From assembly GCA_003142035.1 (NCBI GenBank), contig PLOF01000050.1, forward strand, positions 191-64,190: 64,000 nt of DNA, in the 5' to 3' direction. This document shows positions 23,623 through 33,042 of the stretch, in pieces. Every line of letters begins with the position of its first letter. Position 1 is the first letter of the stretch. Position numbers and translations under genes: made by a program. The notes below the pieces were generated by a model. That model searched no databases and was not told where the DNA came from. It saw only the letters and a list, made by a program, of their open reading frames with translations. This DNA is from Candidatus Dormiibacterota bacterium. Its GTDB lineage: Bacteria > Chloroflexota > Dormibacteria > Aeolococcales > Aeolococcaceae.

Positions 23623-24816
23623 TCAGACCCCCAGACGCTCGAGGATGCGGTGCTCGTCGATCGGCGGGACCATCGGCCTCGCGATCAGGAAGCCCTGGCC
23701 CTGGGTCACCCCGATCTCCTTAAGGGTGCGCAGCTCCGCGTTCGTCTCGATGCCCTCGGCGACGATCGTCATCGCCGTCTCGCGGGCAAACGCCACCAGG
23801 GCGCAGGAGAGAGCACGCCGTGGCCGGTCGACGTCGATCCCCCGGGTCAGAGAGATATCGAGCTTGATGATGTCCGGGACCAGCAGCAGGATGTGGCGAA
23901 GGCTGGCAAAACCCGCTCCCGCATCATCGACGGCCACCCGGACGCCCGCGTGACGGAGCGGTTGAAGTGCCCGGTTCAGCGCCTCGTAGTCGCCGACCGG
24001 GGAGTGCTCGGTCATCTCGATGACGATGCGCTCGAGGGGCACCGCCCCCAGCAGCCGAGCGACGTCCCGCCGGAGCAGGGTGGACGGTGAGAGGTTGAGG
24101 GAGAGGTAAGAGGTACTGGGCAACGCCGGGAACCCCACCAGAGCCACGGCCAGCGCCGACGCCTCCAGGTCCTCGCGGAGGCCAACGTCGGACGCCTCCT
24201 CAAACCACTGCAGTGGCATCCCGGTGTCGAAGCGGGAGAGCGCCTCGACACCCGTGACCCTGCCCCTGGCAAGGTCAACGATCGGCTGATAGACGGGATG
24301 GATGCCTCCGTACTCGATCACCCCCTGGACCCGGGAGAGAACGCGGGCCCGCTTGACCTCGGCCTCCTCCTTACCCGCCAGCTGCTCGCTCAGCTCGCGA
24401 ACCACGGTGCTGGCCACATCCGGCGAGAACGCGGACTCGCCGCGGAGGACGCGCTGGATGGTCTGAGTGACCTCGTCCGGCATCGACCCCTTGACCAGAT
24501 ATGCGGTTGCTCCGGACTGCAGCATCTCCAGAATGCTGGCGCGGTCGCCATAGGCGGAGAGCGCGACGATCCGGGTGAGCGGGCTCTCGGCGCGGATGCC
24601 GCGGGCCGCGTGGGGCCCGCCACCTCCCGGCATCTTGACGTCGAGGATGGCCACGTCGGGCCGCTCGCGTGCGGCCATCTCGACGGCCTGGAGGGCATCC
24701 TCGGCCACCCCGACAACTTCGAGTCCATCCTCGCACTCGAGCAGCTCTCGGAGCGCCTCTCGAATGTTGGCATCGTCGTCCGCGATCAGGATCCGGGCCA
24801 AGGTTGGGGAGATCAT
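23623..24816 (-). CDS. Response regulator with EAL (c-di-GMP phosphodiesterase) output
   Basis: Receiver ILIADDD..ILDVKMPG plus EAL-domain motifs (VEALSRF, EMTE, DDAGAG, KLD, EGIE, QGF). ATG 24816 overlaps the kinase stop (ATGA). Confidence 0.9.
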   Translation of the reverse strand: MISPTLARILIADDDANIREALRELLECEDGLEVVGVAEDALQAVEMAARERPDVAILDVKMPGGGGPHAARGIRAESPLTRIVALSAYGDRASILEMLQSGATAYLVKGSMPDEVTQTIQRVLRGESAFSPDVASTVVRELSEQLAGKEEAEVKRARVLSRVQGVIEYGGIHPVYQPIVDLARGRVTGVEALSRFDTGMPLQWFEEASDVGLREDLEASALAVALVGFPALPSTSYLSLNLSPSTLLRRDVARLLGAVPLERIVIEMTEHSPVGDYEALNRALQPLRHAGVRVAVDDAGAGFASLRHILLLVPDIIKLDISLTRGIDVDRPRRALSCALVAFARETAMTIVAEGIETNAELRTLKEIGVTQGQGFLIARPMVPPIDEHRILERLGV

Positions 24817-26501
24817 GCCACGGACCCGAGGCCGGGCCGCGCCCCACCCTGCAGCGGTATCCAGGCGGTCACCACGGTGCCGCGGAGAACCCCCGCCTCG
24901 ACCCGCAGCCAGCCTCCGGCGACTTCGGCCCGCTCGCGCATGCTGGCCAGGCCGAGATGGCCGGGTAGGCTCTCGGCCGCGGCTCCGAGCCCGGCGCCAT
25001 CGTCGGTGATCCGCATCTGACAGCCATCGTCCCGTTCCTGCACAGAGACGCTGACATGACTCGCCGAGGCGTGTTTGACCACGTTGGCAATGGCCTCTTG
25101 GGCGACTCGATAGAGTGTCACTCTCGCCGCGGTGGTCAGTGCTCCCGGCTCCGAACCGGCGAGGCTCCACTCGATGCCCTCATCCTGCTGCACCTGGATC
25201 AGACGGTCACGAATCGTGCCGAGCAGGTCACCGTGATCAAGCCCGGTGGGGCGCAGGTTGAACATCAGACCCCGAAGGCGCGAAACCGCAGTCCCCACCA
25301 TCTGATCCATGGCGTCGAGGGTGCTCCGGGCCGCCTCGTCGTTGACCCGACGCCGGAGTGTCTGCAACCGAAGCCCGACGGCGGCGAGGATCTGCAGGGA
25401 GTCGTCGTGGATGTCGGCGGCGATGGTCCGGCGCTCGTCCTCATGCGCCTCGACAAGGAGGCGCATCAGCCGAAGACGCTCCCCACTGACGTGTTTCAGC
25501 TCCTCCAGGCTGCGTGCAAAATCTGCGGCGCTCCGCCGCTGCGCGCAATCGATGCCGAGGTAGTTGCCAAGTGCTGTGAGGTGGGCGGCGTGGGCGTCAT
25601 CGAAACCGGCGAAGTCCGGCGCGCTGATCTCGATGGCGCCGAGAGCCTGGTCGCCCTTCAGCACCGGAACACCCAAGGAGTCCCCCTCCGGGTGGGCGGA
25701 GCTCGCCCCCGAGAAGGACAATTCCCGGCTGCTGATCACCTTCGTCACCACGGCGGGTGGGTCAGCCGGCGTTGAGGGCTGTGTCATCGCGTCGTTGCCT
25801 GCACGACTCCAGGCAGCGCGGAGTCGCACCCCCCCCCGGACGTCAGACTTCCAGAACCTGACCTCGGTGCCATCGACGCTCACCCCTATCTGCTCCAGCG
25901 CTCCGAGGAGCGCGGTGTCCTCGTCGGACGAACCGAGAGCGCGGATGAACCGCAATTGACAGTCCTTCAGGAACTGTGCTCGCCGGCGCTCGGCGACGTC
26001 CTGTTGGAAGGCTGCCTGCAGCATCTGGTCGGCACCCGGTGCGGTGGCCTCGATGCGCATCAGCTTGCGGCCGAGCGCCTCCCTTTCGACCGCAGCACGT
26101 ACGGCCACGGGAAGGCGTGCCAACCGATCCGAGGCGAGGTAGTCGGCCGCCCCGCGTTCCACGAGCGCGATTCCGGCTGCCTCGTGCGAGGGGGCGCAAA
26201 CGACCACCACCGGGATGCTCACGTGGCGGCCGTGGATGTGGTCGAGCAGCGCCGCCGCCGACCAACCGGGCCGGCCGTCCTCAACCACCGCGGCGTCCCA
26301 ACCGGTGCCGAGGTCATCTGGCAACGAAGCCAGATCCGGCACCGCGAGGATCTCGATCCCGGGAGGGGCGCCCGGGCCTCTCAGAGCGCCCGTGATCACG
26401 GCTCCCTCGGCTGCGCACACGAGCACCCGGACAGACGGGACGGCTGGGCCGCTCCGGGCATGGGGAGAGCGGGCGCCGCCCACCGTCGGAGACGAGGACA
26501 T
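24813..26501 (-). CDS. Cytoplasmic histidine kinase: pseudo-receiver, GAF-like domain, HisKA_3, HATPase_c
   Basis: H-box EDERRTIAADIHDDSLQ and an ATPase N box (QEAIANVVKHA). The N-terminal receiver-like fold lacks the acidic pocket (VLVCAAEG). Confidence 0.85.
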   Translation of the reverse strand: MSSSPTVGGARSPHARSGPAVPSVRVLVCAAEGAVITGALRGPGAPPGIEILAVPDLASLPDDLGTGWDAAVVEDGRPGWSAAALLDHIHGRHVSIPVVVVCAPSHEAAGIALVERGAADYLASDRLARLPVAVRAAVEREALGRKLMRIEATAPGADQMLQAAFQQDVAERRRAQFLKDCQLRFIRALGSSDEDTALLGALEQIGVSVDGTEVRFWKSDVRGGVRLRAAWSRAGNDAMTQPSTPADPPAVVTKVISSRELSFSGASSAHPEGDSLGVPVLKGDQALGAIEISAPDFAGFDDAHAAHLTALGNYLGIDCAQRRSAADFARSLEELKHVSGERLRLMRLLVEAHEDERRTIAADIHDDSLQILAAVGLRLQTLRRRVNDEAARSTLDAMDQMVGTAVSRLRGLMFNLRPTGLDHGDLLGTIRDRLIQVQQDEGIEWSLAGSEPGALTTAARVTLYRVAQEAIANVVKHASASHVSVSVQERDDGCQMRITDDGAGLGAAAESLPGHLGLASMRERAEVAGGWLRVEAGVLRGTVVTAWIPLQGGARPGLGSVA

Positions 26502-26633
26502 TTCGCCACGAGTGTATGGAGGGCGAATCGAGGTGGGGAGGTGGCACCCTGACCGAAACCGATCGGTTAGGAGCCCGTCACCCGCTCGGCATATCCTTCA
26601 CACCCGGTTCCGTACCACGGGTGGGGTGAAAAG

Positions 26634-28376
26634 TCACGCGGCGGCGAACATCTCCTCCGAGAGGCCCTGACCCTCCGCGGTCAGACGTTCGAGAACCTGA
26701 GGTACCACGCCGGTGGGAGCCAGCTCGCCGAGCACCTTGCCGGTGTCGGGATCGACGCCTGTCTGCGTGAAAGCGAAGATCTCCTGCATCAGGACGCCCT
26801 CGGGGCCGGTTCCCAGAACCTCGGCGATGCTGACGATCCTCCGGGTGCCGTCGCGGAGACGCGACTGATGCACGATGATGTTCACCGCCGACGCGATCTG
26901 CTCACGGATCGCGCGCGACGGCAGCTCAACGCCAGACATCAGCACCATGGTCTCCAGACGACTCGTCGCATCCCTCGGGTTGTTGGCGTGGAGCGTGGTG
27001 AGCGAGCCATCGTGCCCGGTGTTCATGGCCTGGAGCATGTCCAGTGCCTCACCGCCGCGGCACTCACCGATGATGATGCGGTCCGGCCTCATCCGGAGGG
27101 TGTTGATGACCAGCTCCCGGATGGAGACCTCACCCCTGCCCTCGACGTTGGCCGGCCTCGCCTCCAGGGTGACCACGTGCTCCTGCCCGAGTTGGAGCTC
27201 GGCCGCGTCCTCGATGGTGACGATCCGCTCATCCGCGGGGATGAAGCTCGACAGCACGTTCAGCGTCGAGGTCTTGCCCGACCCGGTACCCCCGGAGACG
27301 ACGATGTTCAGGCGGCCGACGACGCAGGCCCTGATGAACCTCGCCATCCCCTCGGTGAGGGTACCGAAGCGGATCAGGTCGTCGATGGTGAAGGCCTCCT
27401 TCGTGAACTTCCGGATCGTCACCGTCGGTCCGCGAAGGGCAAGTGGGGGGATGATGACATTCACGCGCGAGCCGTCCTTGAGCCGGGCGTCGACCATCGG
27501 CGACGACTCATCCACGCGCCGGCCGATGGAGGAGACGATGCGATCGATGACCTGCATGAGTTGCTCGGTGCTCTCGAAGGTGACCGGGCTCCTCAGCAGC
27601 TTGCCCTTCTCCTCGATGTAGATCTGGTTGGGTCCGTTGACCATGATCTCGGCGATGTCGGGGTTCGCCAGCAGGTCCTCGAGCGGTCCGAGTCCGAGAA
27701 CGTCATGGATGAGCGTCTCGACCACCCGGAGGCGGTCCTGACGGCTCATGGTCATGCCCTGCTCGGTGACGATCTCACCGACCAACTCGGCGATGCGCTG
27801 GCGGATGACATCCCCGGGCGCCGAGTCCGTGTTGCCGGCAAGCTCCTCGACGAGGCGCTGGTGGACGCGGGACCGGAGCTGAGCGTACATGGCGCCGACA
27901 GTTCCCCGGGCCTGACCGGGACGGGGGATCCCGGTACGGCTGAGCAGGGAGTTGGGACGGCTGCCATCACCCGTGCCCCCCGCCTCACCGGTGCGGTTCA
28001 GCAGCGAGGAGGTTCGGGCGCCGTCGCCCGAACCGGCGGCGTCACCGGTGCGGCTGAGCAGGGACATGGGCCGGTTGCCATCGCCCAGCCCGGGGGTGTC
28101 GGCAGGCCGCAGCCGCAGCGGAGGCGGCGGGGTCTGAGCGGGCGCTGAGCGCCCGAATTGCGCCGGTTCCAGCGCCCGCCGGGGCGGAGCGACCAGGGCG
28201 GCCGAGTTGACCGGCGGGGTGCGCACCGACCAGCCCGGCGTCGGTGCGGGAGACTCGGCGGCAGGGGTGCCGGTGGACGGCAGCGCAAACGTCGGCGGGG
28301 GCGGGGGCGGTGCGGCCGCCCCACCCGACGGCGACGCGTCCTCAGCCTTCCTCTGGACGCGGTCGAGAAGCGACAT
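26634..28376 (-). CDS. cpaF: CpaF/TadA-type pilus secretion ATPase, copy 2 (long disordered N-terminus)
   Basis: Walker A GGTGSGKTS and TGHDGSLTTLHAN. About 190 aa of Pro/Gly/Ser-rich N-terminal sequence containing three 19-aa repeats. Confidence 0.92.
   Translation of the reverse strand: MSLLDRVQRKAEDASPSGGAAAPPPPPPTFALPSTGTPAAESPAPTPGWSVRTPPVNSAALVAPPRRALEPAQFGRSAPAQTPPPPLRLRPADTPGLGDGNRPMSLLSRTGDAAGSGDGARTSSLLNRTGEAGGTGDGSRPNSLLSRTGIPRPGQARGTVGAMYAQLRSRVHQRLVEELAGNTDSAPGDVIRQRIAELVGEIVTEQGMTMSRQDRLRVVETLIHDVLGLGPLEDLLANPDIAEIMVNGPNQIYIEEKGKLLRSPVTFESTEQLMQVIDRIVSSIGRRVDESSPMVDARLKDGSRVNVIIPPLALRGPTVTIRKFTKEAFTIDDLIRFGTLTEGMARFIRACVVGRLNIVVSGGTGSGKTSTLNVLSSFIPADERIVTIEDAAELQLGQEHVVTLEARPANVEGRGEVSIRELVINTLRMRPDRIIIGECRGGEALDMLQAMNTGHDGSLTTLHANNPRDATSRLETMVLMSGVELPSRAIREQIASAVNIIVHQSRLRDGTRRIVSIAEVLGTGPEGVLMQEIFAFTQTGVDPDTGKVLGELAPTGVVPQVLERLTAEGQGLSEEMFAAA
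27931..28101 (-). repeat. Three tandem 57-nt (19-aa) repeats inside the cpaF-2 N-terminal region
   Basis: Units start at 27931, 27988 and 28045 (ccggtRcggYt...). They encode ..GxGDGxRxxSLL(S/N)RTG.. three times. Confidence 0.85.
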
Positions 28377-28630
28377 CCTCTGTCCCAGCCTACCTGTCTA
28401 CGGTGTCTCGTCGGCCAGGCTTGCTCTGCCTGCCGGTCTCACCCAGGCTACACCCCAACCTGCGGCCTCGAATCCGCAGAATGCAACGATCGTGTCAAGA
28501 GGCGGCAGCCTGCATCGCTCGCTGCATCGTCCCCCCGCCCCCGTACCGGGACTCGGTCGCTCTGCAACGGGCTCGCAACGGAGGCGTGACAGGCACGCGT
28601 GGCCTGCCTCCGGTGCGGTGTGATCCCCCC

Positions 28631-29617
28631 GTGAGCGAGAGCAGCGCGCGCGCGTCCGCCCCCCAGGCGAAGTGGGAGACGCTGTGCCGAACGGCTGCGG
28701 CCGTCCAGGCCGGCCGCGACGGAGCGTGCAACCCGTCTGCCCGGCGGCGCCGGGTTCCCGGCCTCGTGATCATCGCCGGCGCGATGCTCGGCATCGCCCT
28801 CTTCGCCGGGAGCCATCTCCAAGGACAGCCGGCCGCCGCCGACGGCACTGCCGACGCCGACCTCTTCGCCTACACCAACCAGGACCGCGCCAGCAACGGC
28901 GTGGCAGCGCTGACGGAAAACGGGACTCTGGCCGCGATCGCCGAGGCCGCCCCTTACAGCGGTTGCGCCGGTGCCGGCACCATCGACGGCAGAGCCCAGG
29001 ACATGATCAACCGCGACTACTTCTCCCAGCAGATCCCCCCCTGCGGCCAGGAGGTCTTCTCGATGATGAGCGCCTTCGGTGTTAACCCCGCTCGTGGGGC
29101 AGGCGAGAACGTCGGGTGGGTGGACAACGAGGGGTCGGCGGACGCTGCGGCGAACTGGATCAATACACAGTTCATGCAGAGCCCCGAGCATAAGAAGAAC
29201 ATCCTCGCCACCAACGTCACCAGCCTGGGGATCGGCAGCGCCACCAGCCAGTCATGGACTCCCCCGGGCGCGGCGTCTCCCGCCTCGGGCGTGTGGATGT
29301 TCGCCGAGGAGTTTGCCAACATCCCATCGGCGGCCACCGCCCCTCCGGCCACTGCCCCTCCGGCCACCGCCCCGCCGGCCGCGGCCCCGCCGGCCACCGC
29401 CGCGCCGGCCACCGCCCCGCGAGCGACGGCTCAACCGGTCGCCACACCGACACCGACACCCACGCCCACCCCGACCCCGACGCCGTCGCCGACCCCCAGC
29501 CCCACGGCGACACCCTCGGTCACGACGAGCCTCCCGCTGCCCGCCTACGAGTACCGCGGGCAGGGGCTCATCTCCAATACCATCGAGTCGGCCCTGGAAG
29601 CCTTCCTCTTCAACTAG
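28631..29617 (+). CDS. Secreted or anchored CAP/SCP (YkwD-like) domain protein with a Pro/Thr/Ala-rich tail
   Basis: Signal anchor RRRRVPGLVIIAGAMLGIALFAG. CAP motifs (NQDRA.., GENVGW, H(K)KNIL). The start is uncertain (GTG 28631 or 28613). Confidence 0.7.
   Translation: MSESSARASAPQAKWETLCRTAAAVQAGRDGACNPSARRRRVPGLVIIAGAMLGIALFAGSHLQGQPAAADGTADADLFAYTNQDRASNGVAALTENGTLAAIAEAAPYSGCAGAGTIDGRAQDMINRDYFSQQIPPCGQEVFSMMSAFGVNPARGAGENVGWVDNEGSADAAANWINTQFMQSPEHKKNILATNVTSLGIGSATSQSWTPPGAASPASGVWMFAEEFANIPSAATAPPATAPPATAPPAAAPPATAAPATAPRATAQPVATPTPTPTPTPTPTPSPTPSPTATPSVTTSLPLPAYEYRGQGLISNTIESALEAFLFN
29331..29516 (+). repeat. Coding low-complexity tandem repeats (APPAT x5, then TP/SP dipeptides)
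   Basis: 15-nt units gccaccgcccctccg followed by acaccg-type units, inside the CAP-domain gene. Confidence 0.8.
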
Positions 29618-29657
29618 AGTTGCGGACAATACCGCCAGATACAGGGAGGCCCGCACG

Positions 29658-30470
29658 GTGACCGAGAAGCCTGCGACCGAACCTTCTCCTGACGTCCCCG
29701 CGGTGGTCACCGTGGATGGGGTGTGCCGGAGCTACCAGATCAGCCGGCCGCCCCGCACCATCCTGGACCGGGTTTCCCTCACCGTCCGCTCCGGTGAGTT
29801 CGTGGCCATCATGGGGCAGAGCGGCGCCGGCAAGAGCACCCTGCTCCACATCATGGGCGGGCTCGAGCCACCGGATTCGGGCCGCGTCCTGGTCGACGGC
29901 CGCGACCTCTACGCGATGGGAGACGCCGAGCGCTCGGCATTCCGCCGCGACCACATCGGCTTTGTCTTCCAGTTCTTCAACCTGATCCCCAGCCTCACCG
30001 CCGCCGAGAACGTGGCCCTGCCACTCCGGCTGCGTGGCGGCAGGCACGCTGCCCGCCTGGACAGCAAGACGGTGTCTGAACGTGTCCGCGTGCTCATGGA
30101 CCAGCTCTCCCTTCACGGTCTCCAGGGCCACGGCCCCGACGAGATCTCGGGAGGCGAGCAGCAGAGGGTGGCCCTGGCCCGGGCTCTGGCTGCGGCACCC
30201 GCTCTGCTCTTGGCCGACGAGCCCACCGGCAATCTCGACCGCCAGAGCGGCCACGAGGTGATGGAGATGCTCAGCCGCCTCTGCCGCGAACGGTCCCAGA
30301 CCACCGTCCTGGTCACCCACAACGCGCGGGTGGCCGCGTACGCGGACCGGGTGCTCGTCCTGGCCGATGGCAGGGTTGTGGACGACCTGCGGGTGGAGGA
30401 CGGCGGCGCGGACGGCGACTCCGCCGGCTTCCGGGCACTCGTCCGCCGGCTCGAGCGGCATGACCTCTGA
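29658..30470 (+). CDS. ABC transporter ATP-binding protein (MacB/LolD-like)
   Basis: Walker [10 protein letters not shown], signature ISGGEQQR, Walker [12 protein letters not shown] 29658 lies 9 nt after AGGGAGG. Confidence 0.92.
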   Translation: MTEKPATEPSPDVPAVVTVDGVCRSYQISRPPRTILDRVSLTVRSGEFVAIMGQSGAGKSTLLHIMGGLEPPDSGRVLVDGRDLYAMGDAERSAFRRDHIGFVFQFFNLIPSLTAAENVALPLRLRGGRHAARLDSKTVSERVRVLMDQLSLHGLQGHGPDEISGGEQQRVALARALAAAPALLLADEPTGNLDRQSGHEVMEMLSRLCRERSQTTVLVTHNARVAAYADRVLVLADGRVVDDLRVEDGGADGDSAGFRALVRRLERHDL

Positions 30471-33042
30471 CCCGATCTCGCGGGGCCTGACCGGGTTGGT
30501 CAACTCCATCACGCGACGGATCGTGGGCGGGGCGACCTGGCTGGTCACCGCAGGGCTCGAGCCAGGTCTCCGACCGGTGCTCCGGCGCAACCTCGCCTCC
30601 CGGCCGGCACGAGCGGCGCTCACCGTCACCGCCGTGGGGCTGGGGGTGGCGGCGATACTGGGCGTCCAGATGGAAGTCGCCGGGGTCGGTGCCCAGGCTG
30701 ACGCGTCGGCGCAGCTCCGTGCCGGGCAATCGGGACTGGACGTCCGCACCAACTCCGAGGTCGGCCTCACCACCACGCAGCTGGCATCCCTCCGAAGCCT
30801 CTCCGGGGTCCGGGGAATGGTCCCCCTGTACCAGAAGCGGGTCACGGCCCAGGCCCCGGAGCTGGGCGCACCGACCTCGACCGTGACCCTGGTCGGGGTG
30901 CAGAGTGGAGGAGCCGCACTCCGCAGCATCAGCGTGAGCGCCGGGCACCTTCCGACCTCCTCGGCTCACGACCAGGTCGCCATCGATACGGCGCTGCTTC
31001 CGACCCTGGCCCCTCCGGGGGGCAGTCTCGGCATCGGCGGCAGCGTCCTGCTGACCACGTCGACCGGCCCCCACTCCTTCAAGGTGGTCGGTCTCACCGA
31101 CGCGAGCGGAGTGGGCGCCAGCTTCACCCAGGACGTCATCTTCGTCCCGGCCCCGGAGCTGCTCTCCTCCTTCGACCTCGGCCTCCACGCCTCGCTCGCA
31201 GCTCTCCGCCTCGCTCCGGGGACCAGCTCAGCGGAGGCCGCGGCGGAGGTCCATCAGCGGCTCGGCGGGGCGGTGACCACCTTCGACCCGGCCAGCCACT
31301 CGAGCGATCCAGCCTCCCAGCTCTCCTCCCTGCTGGTCCTCGTCAGCGTCCTCAGCGTGGTCATCGGAGCCGGGGTGTGCGCCAACACGGTGAGCCTCGC
31401 CGCCATGGAGCGGCGGCGCGAGATCGGCCTGCTGCGGGCGGCGGGCGCCTCGGCCGCCCAGGTGTTCCGTCTCCTCGCCGCCGAGGCCACGGTCCTCGCC
31501 CTCTTGGGAGCGGCGGCCGGGATCGTCGTCGGCGTGGGGCTCGGAGCTGCCCTCCAGGCCGCCTTCGGAGCCGCCTCGACCGCGCCCGCGGTCGGGCTTC
31601 AGATCGATCCCCTGGCGGTGGTGCTCGCCGTGCTCGCCGGGGTCCTCTCGGCCCTGGTCGCCTCCGCCGTCCCCGCCGCAACCGCCGCGCGCGTGCCGAT
31701 TCTCGAAGCCCTGAGCCCCGAGAGCGCCGGTCGGAGCGAGCGGATCCATGGCGCCGTGATCGGCGCGGTGCCGCCGCTCGCCGCCGTGGCGCTGGTGTCG
31801 GATCTGGCCGGCGGAGCCCTGGCGCCGGTGGGTGCGGTGGCCCTGCTCCTCGCGGTGGTGCTCAGCCTCCCGCTCCTGGCCCCGTCCCTGGCGCATCTCC
31901 TGACGCGGATGCTGCGGATGATCTGGCCGGAGACAGAGGTTGCGGCGGCGAGCCTGAGACGCCGCCGCAACCGCACCGCCCTGACACTCTCCGGATTGGT
32001 TACCGCCATCGCGGCGGCGATGGCCGCAGGGGTCCTGGTAACGGGAAGCCTCGCCTCCGGCGACGCCTGGATCAGCCACCTCTTCATCGGTGACACCCTG
32101 ATCCACAGCCCGGTGACCCAGCCGAGCCGCATCGCCGCCCAGATCGGGGAGGAGGCGGGGGTACAGCTCACCAGCCTCCGCTTCTTCCCCGCCGTCGTCG
32201 ACGGCGATGTGATCGGGATGACCGCCTTCGACAGCGCAACCTACGCTCGCGACGGCGGCTTGGAGCTGGTGGCCGGCAGTCGCAGTCGAGCCTTCGCGGC
32301 ACTCGCCGGCGGCTCCGCCCTGCTGGCGCCGCTCAGCCTGGCGGAGGCGGATGACTGGCAGGTGGGCACCGTGCTCCCGGTGGCGACGGGCAGCGGGACG
32401 ACCGATTTCACCATCGCCGGCATCGTGGAGCACTCCTTCCCGGCCGCCGACGGCCGGGAGTCGCTGCTCGTCGACTCCGGACAGGCGGTGCGGTACTTCG
32501 GAAGCCAGGCGTCGGGGTTCGACGATCTGGAGGTGCTGACCGCGGGACGCGGACCGGCCGCGGCCGCAGTGGCGGGCCGGTACGGCCTCTCGGCGACCTC
32601 GGTCAGCACGATCGAGTCGGCCACCGAACAGGCCCTGAGCGACACCGTCGGCATCCTCGCGGCCGTCGCCTGGCTGGCGGTGGCGATCGCCGTGCTGGCA
32701 GTCATCAATACGCTGGTGGTGAACGTCCGCCAGGGCCGCCGTGAGCTGGGACTGCTCCGGGCCGTGGGGCTCAGCCAGGGTCAGGCCCGGCGCCTGGTAC
32801 TGGCGCAGGCCGGCCTGCTCGGAGGAGTCGCGGCCGTGCTCGGCATCGGGGTGGGTTGCCTGCTCGCCGTGCCCCTGCTCGCGGCCGGCACCAGCCCCGG
32901 CTTCGTTCCTGGGTTCGTCTTCCCGATCACCACAGCGCTGGCCCTGCTGGGAGGCGTGGTCGTGGCAGTGCTCCTCGCTGGAGTGCTGCCCGCTCGCCGC
33001 GCAGCCGCCGCCGACATTGTGAGCGCCGTTCGCGAGGAATGA
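30460..33042 (+). CDS. ABC transporter permease with two FtsX-type domains (about 860 aa)
   Basis: Two blocks of 4 TM helices, each preceded by a large extracytoplasmic domain, plus RREIGLLRAAGAS and RRELGLLRAVGLS motifs. ATG 30460 overlaps the ATPase gene end. Confidence 0.88.
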   Translation: MTSDPISRGLTGLVNSITRRIVGGATWLVTAGLEPGLRPVLRRNLASRPARAALTVTAVGLGVAAILGVQMEVAGVGAQADASAQLRAGQSGLDVRTNSEVGLTTTQLASLRSLSGVRGMVPLYQKRVTAQAPELGAPTSTVTLVGVQSGGAALRSISVSAGHLPTSSAHDQVAIDTALLPTLAPPGGSLGIGGSVLLTTSTGPHSFKVVGLTDASGVGASFTQDVIFVPAPELLSSFDLGLHASLAALRLAPGTSSAEAAAEVHQRLGGAVTTFDPASHSSDPASQLSSLLVLVSVLSVVIGAGVCANTVSLAAMERRREIGLLRAAGASAAQVFRLLAAEATVLALLGAAAGIVVGVGLGAALQAAFGAASTAPAVGLQIDPLAVVLAVLAGVLSALVASAVPAATAARVPILEALSPESAGRSERIHGAVIGAVPPLAAVALVSDLAGGALAPVGAVALLLAVVLSLPLLAPSLAHLLTRMLRMIWPETEVAAASLRRRRNRTALTLSGLVTAIAAAMAAGVLVTGSLASGDAWISHLFIGDTLIHSPVTQPSRIAAQIGEEAGVQLTSLRFFPAVVDGDVIGMTAFDSATYARDGGLELVAGSRSRAFAALAGGSALLAPLSLAEADDWQVGTVLPVATGSGTTDFTIAGIVEHSFPAADGRESLLVDSGQAVRYFGSQASGFDDLEVLTAGRGPAAAAVAGRYGLSATSVSTIESATEQALSDTVGILAAVAWLAVAIAVLAVINTLVVNVRQGRRELGLLRAVGLSQGQARRLVLAQAGLLGGVAAVLGIGVGCLLAVPLLAAGTSPGFVPGFVFPITTALALLGGVVVAVLLAGVLPARRAAAADIVSAVREE

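Noticed and set aside
27931-29516. Tandem repeats considered as a CRISPR array or minisatellite
   Set aside because: The repeats are in frame within coding regions (cpaF-2 N-terminus, CAP-protein PT-rich tail). They have no spacer/repeat alternation, and no cas genes are present.
28244-30470. Long 5' extensions of ORFs 28244..29617 and 29079..30470 (also 59749..61380 and 32856..33644)
   Set aside because: The extensions are Arg/Pro-rich, overlap neighbouring real genes or intergenic DNA, and lack SD sequences. Internal starts with SD-like sequences or 4-nt overlaps give normal-length CAP, ABC ATPase, LLM and lipoprotein products.
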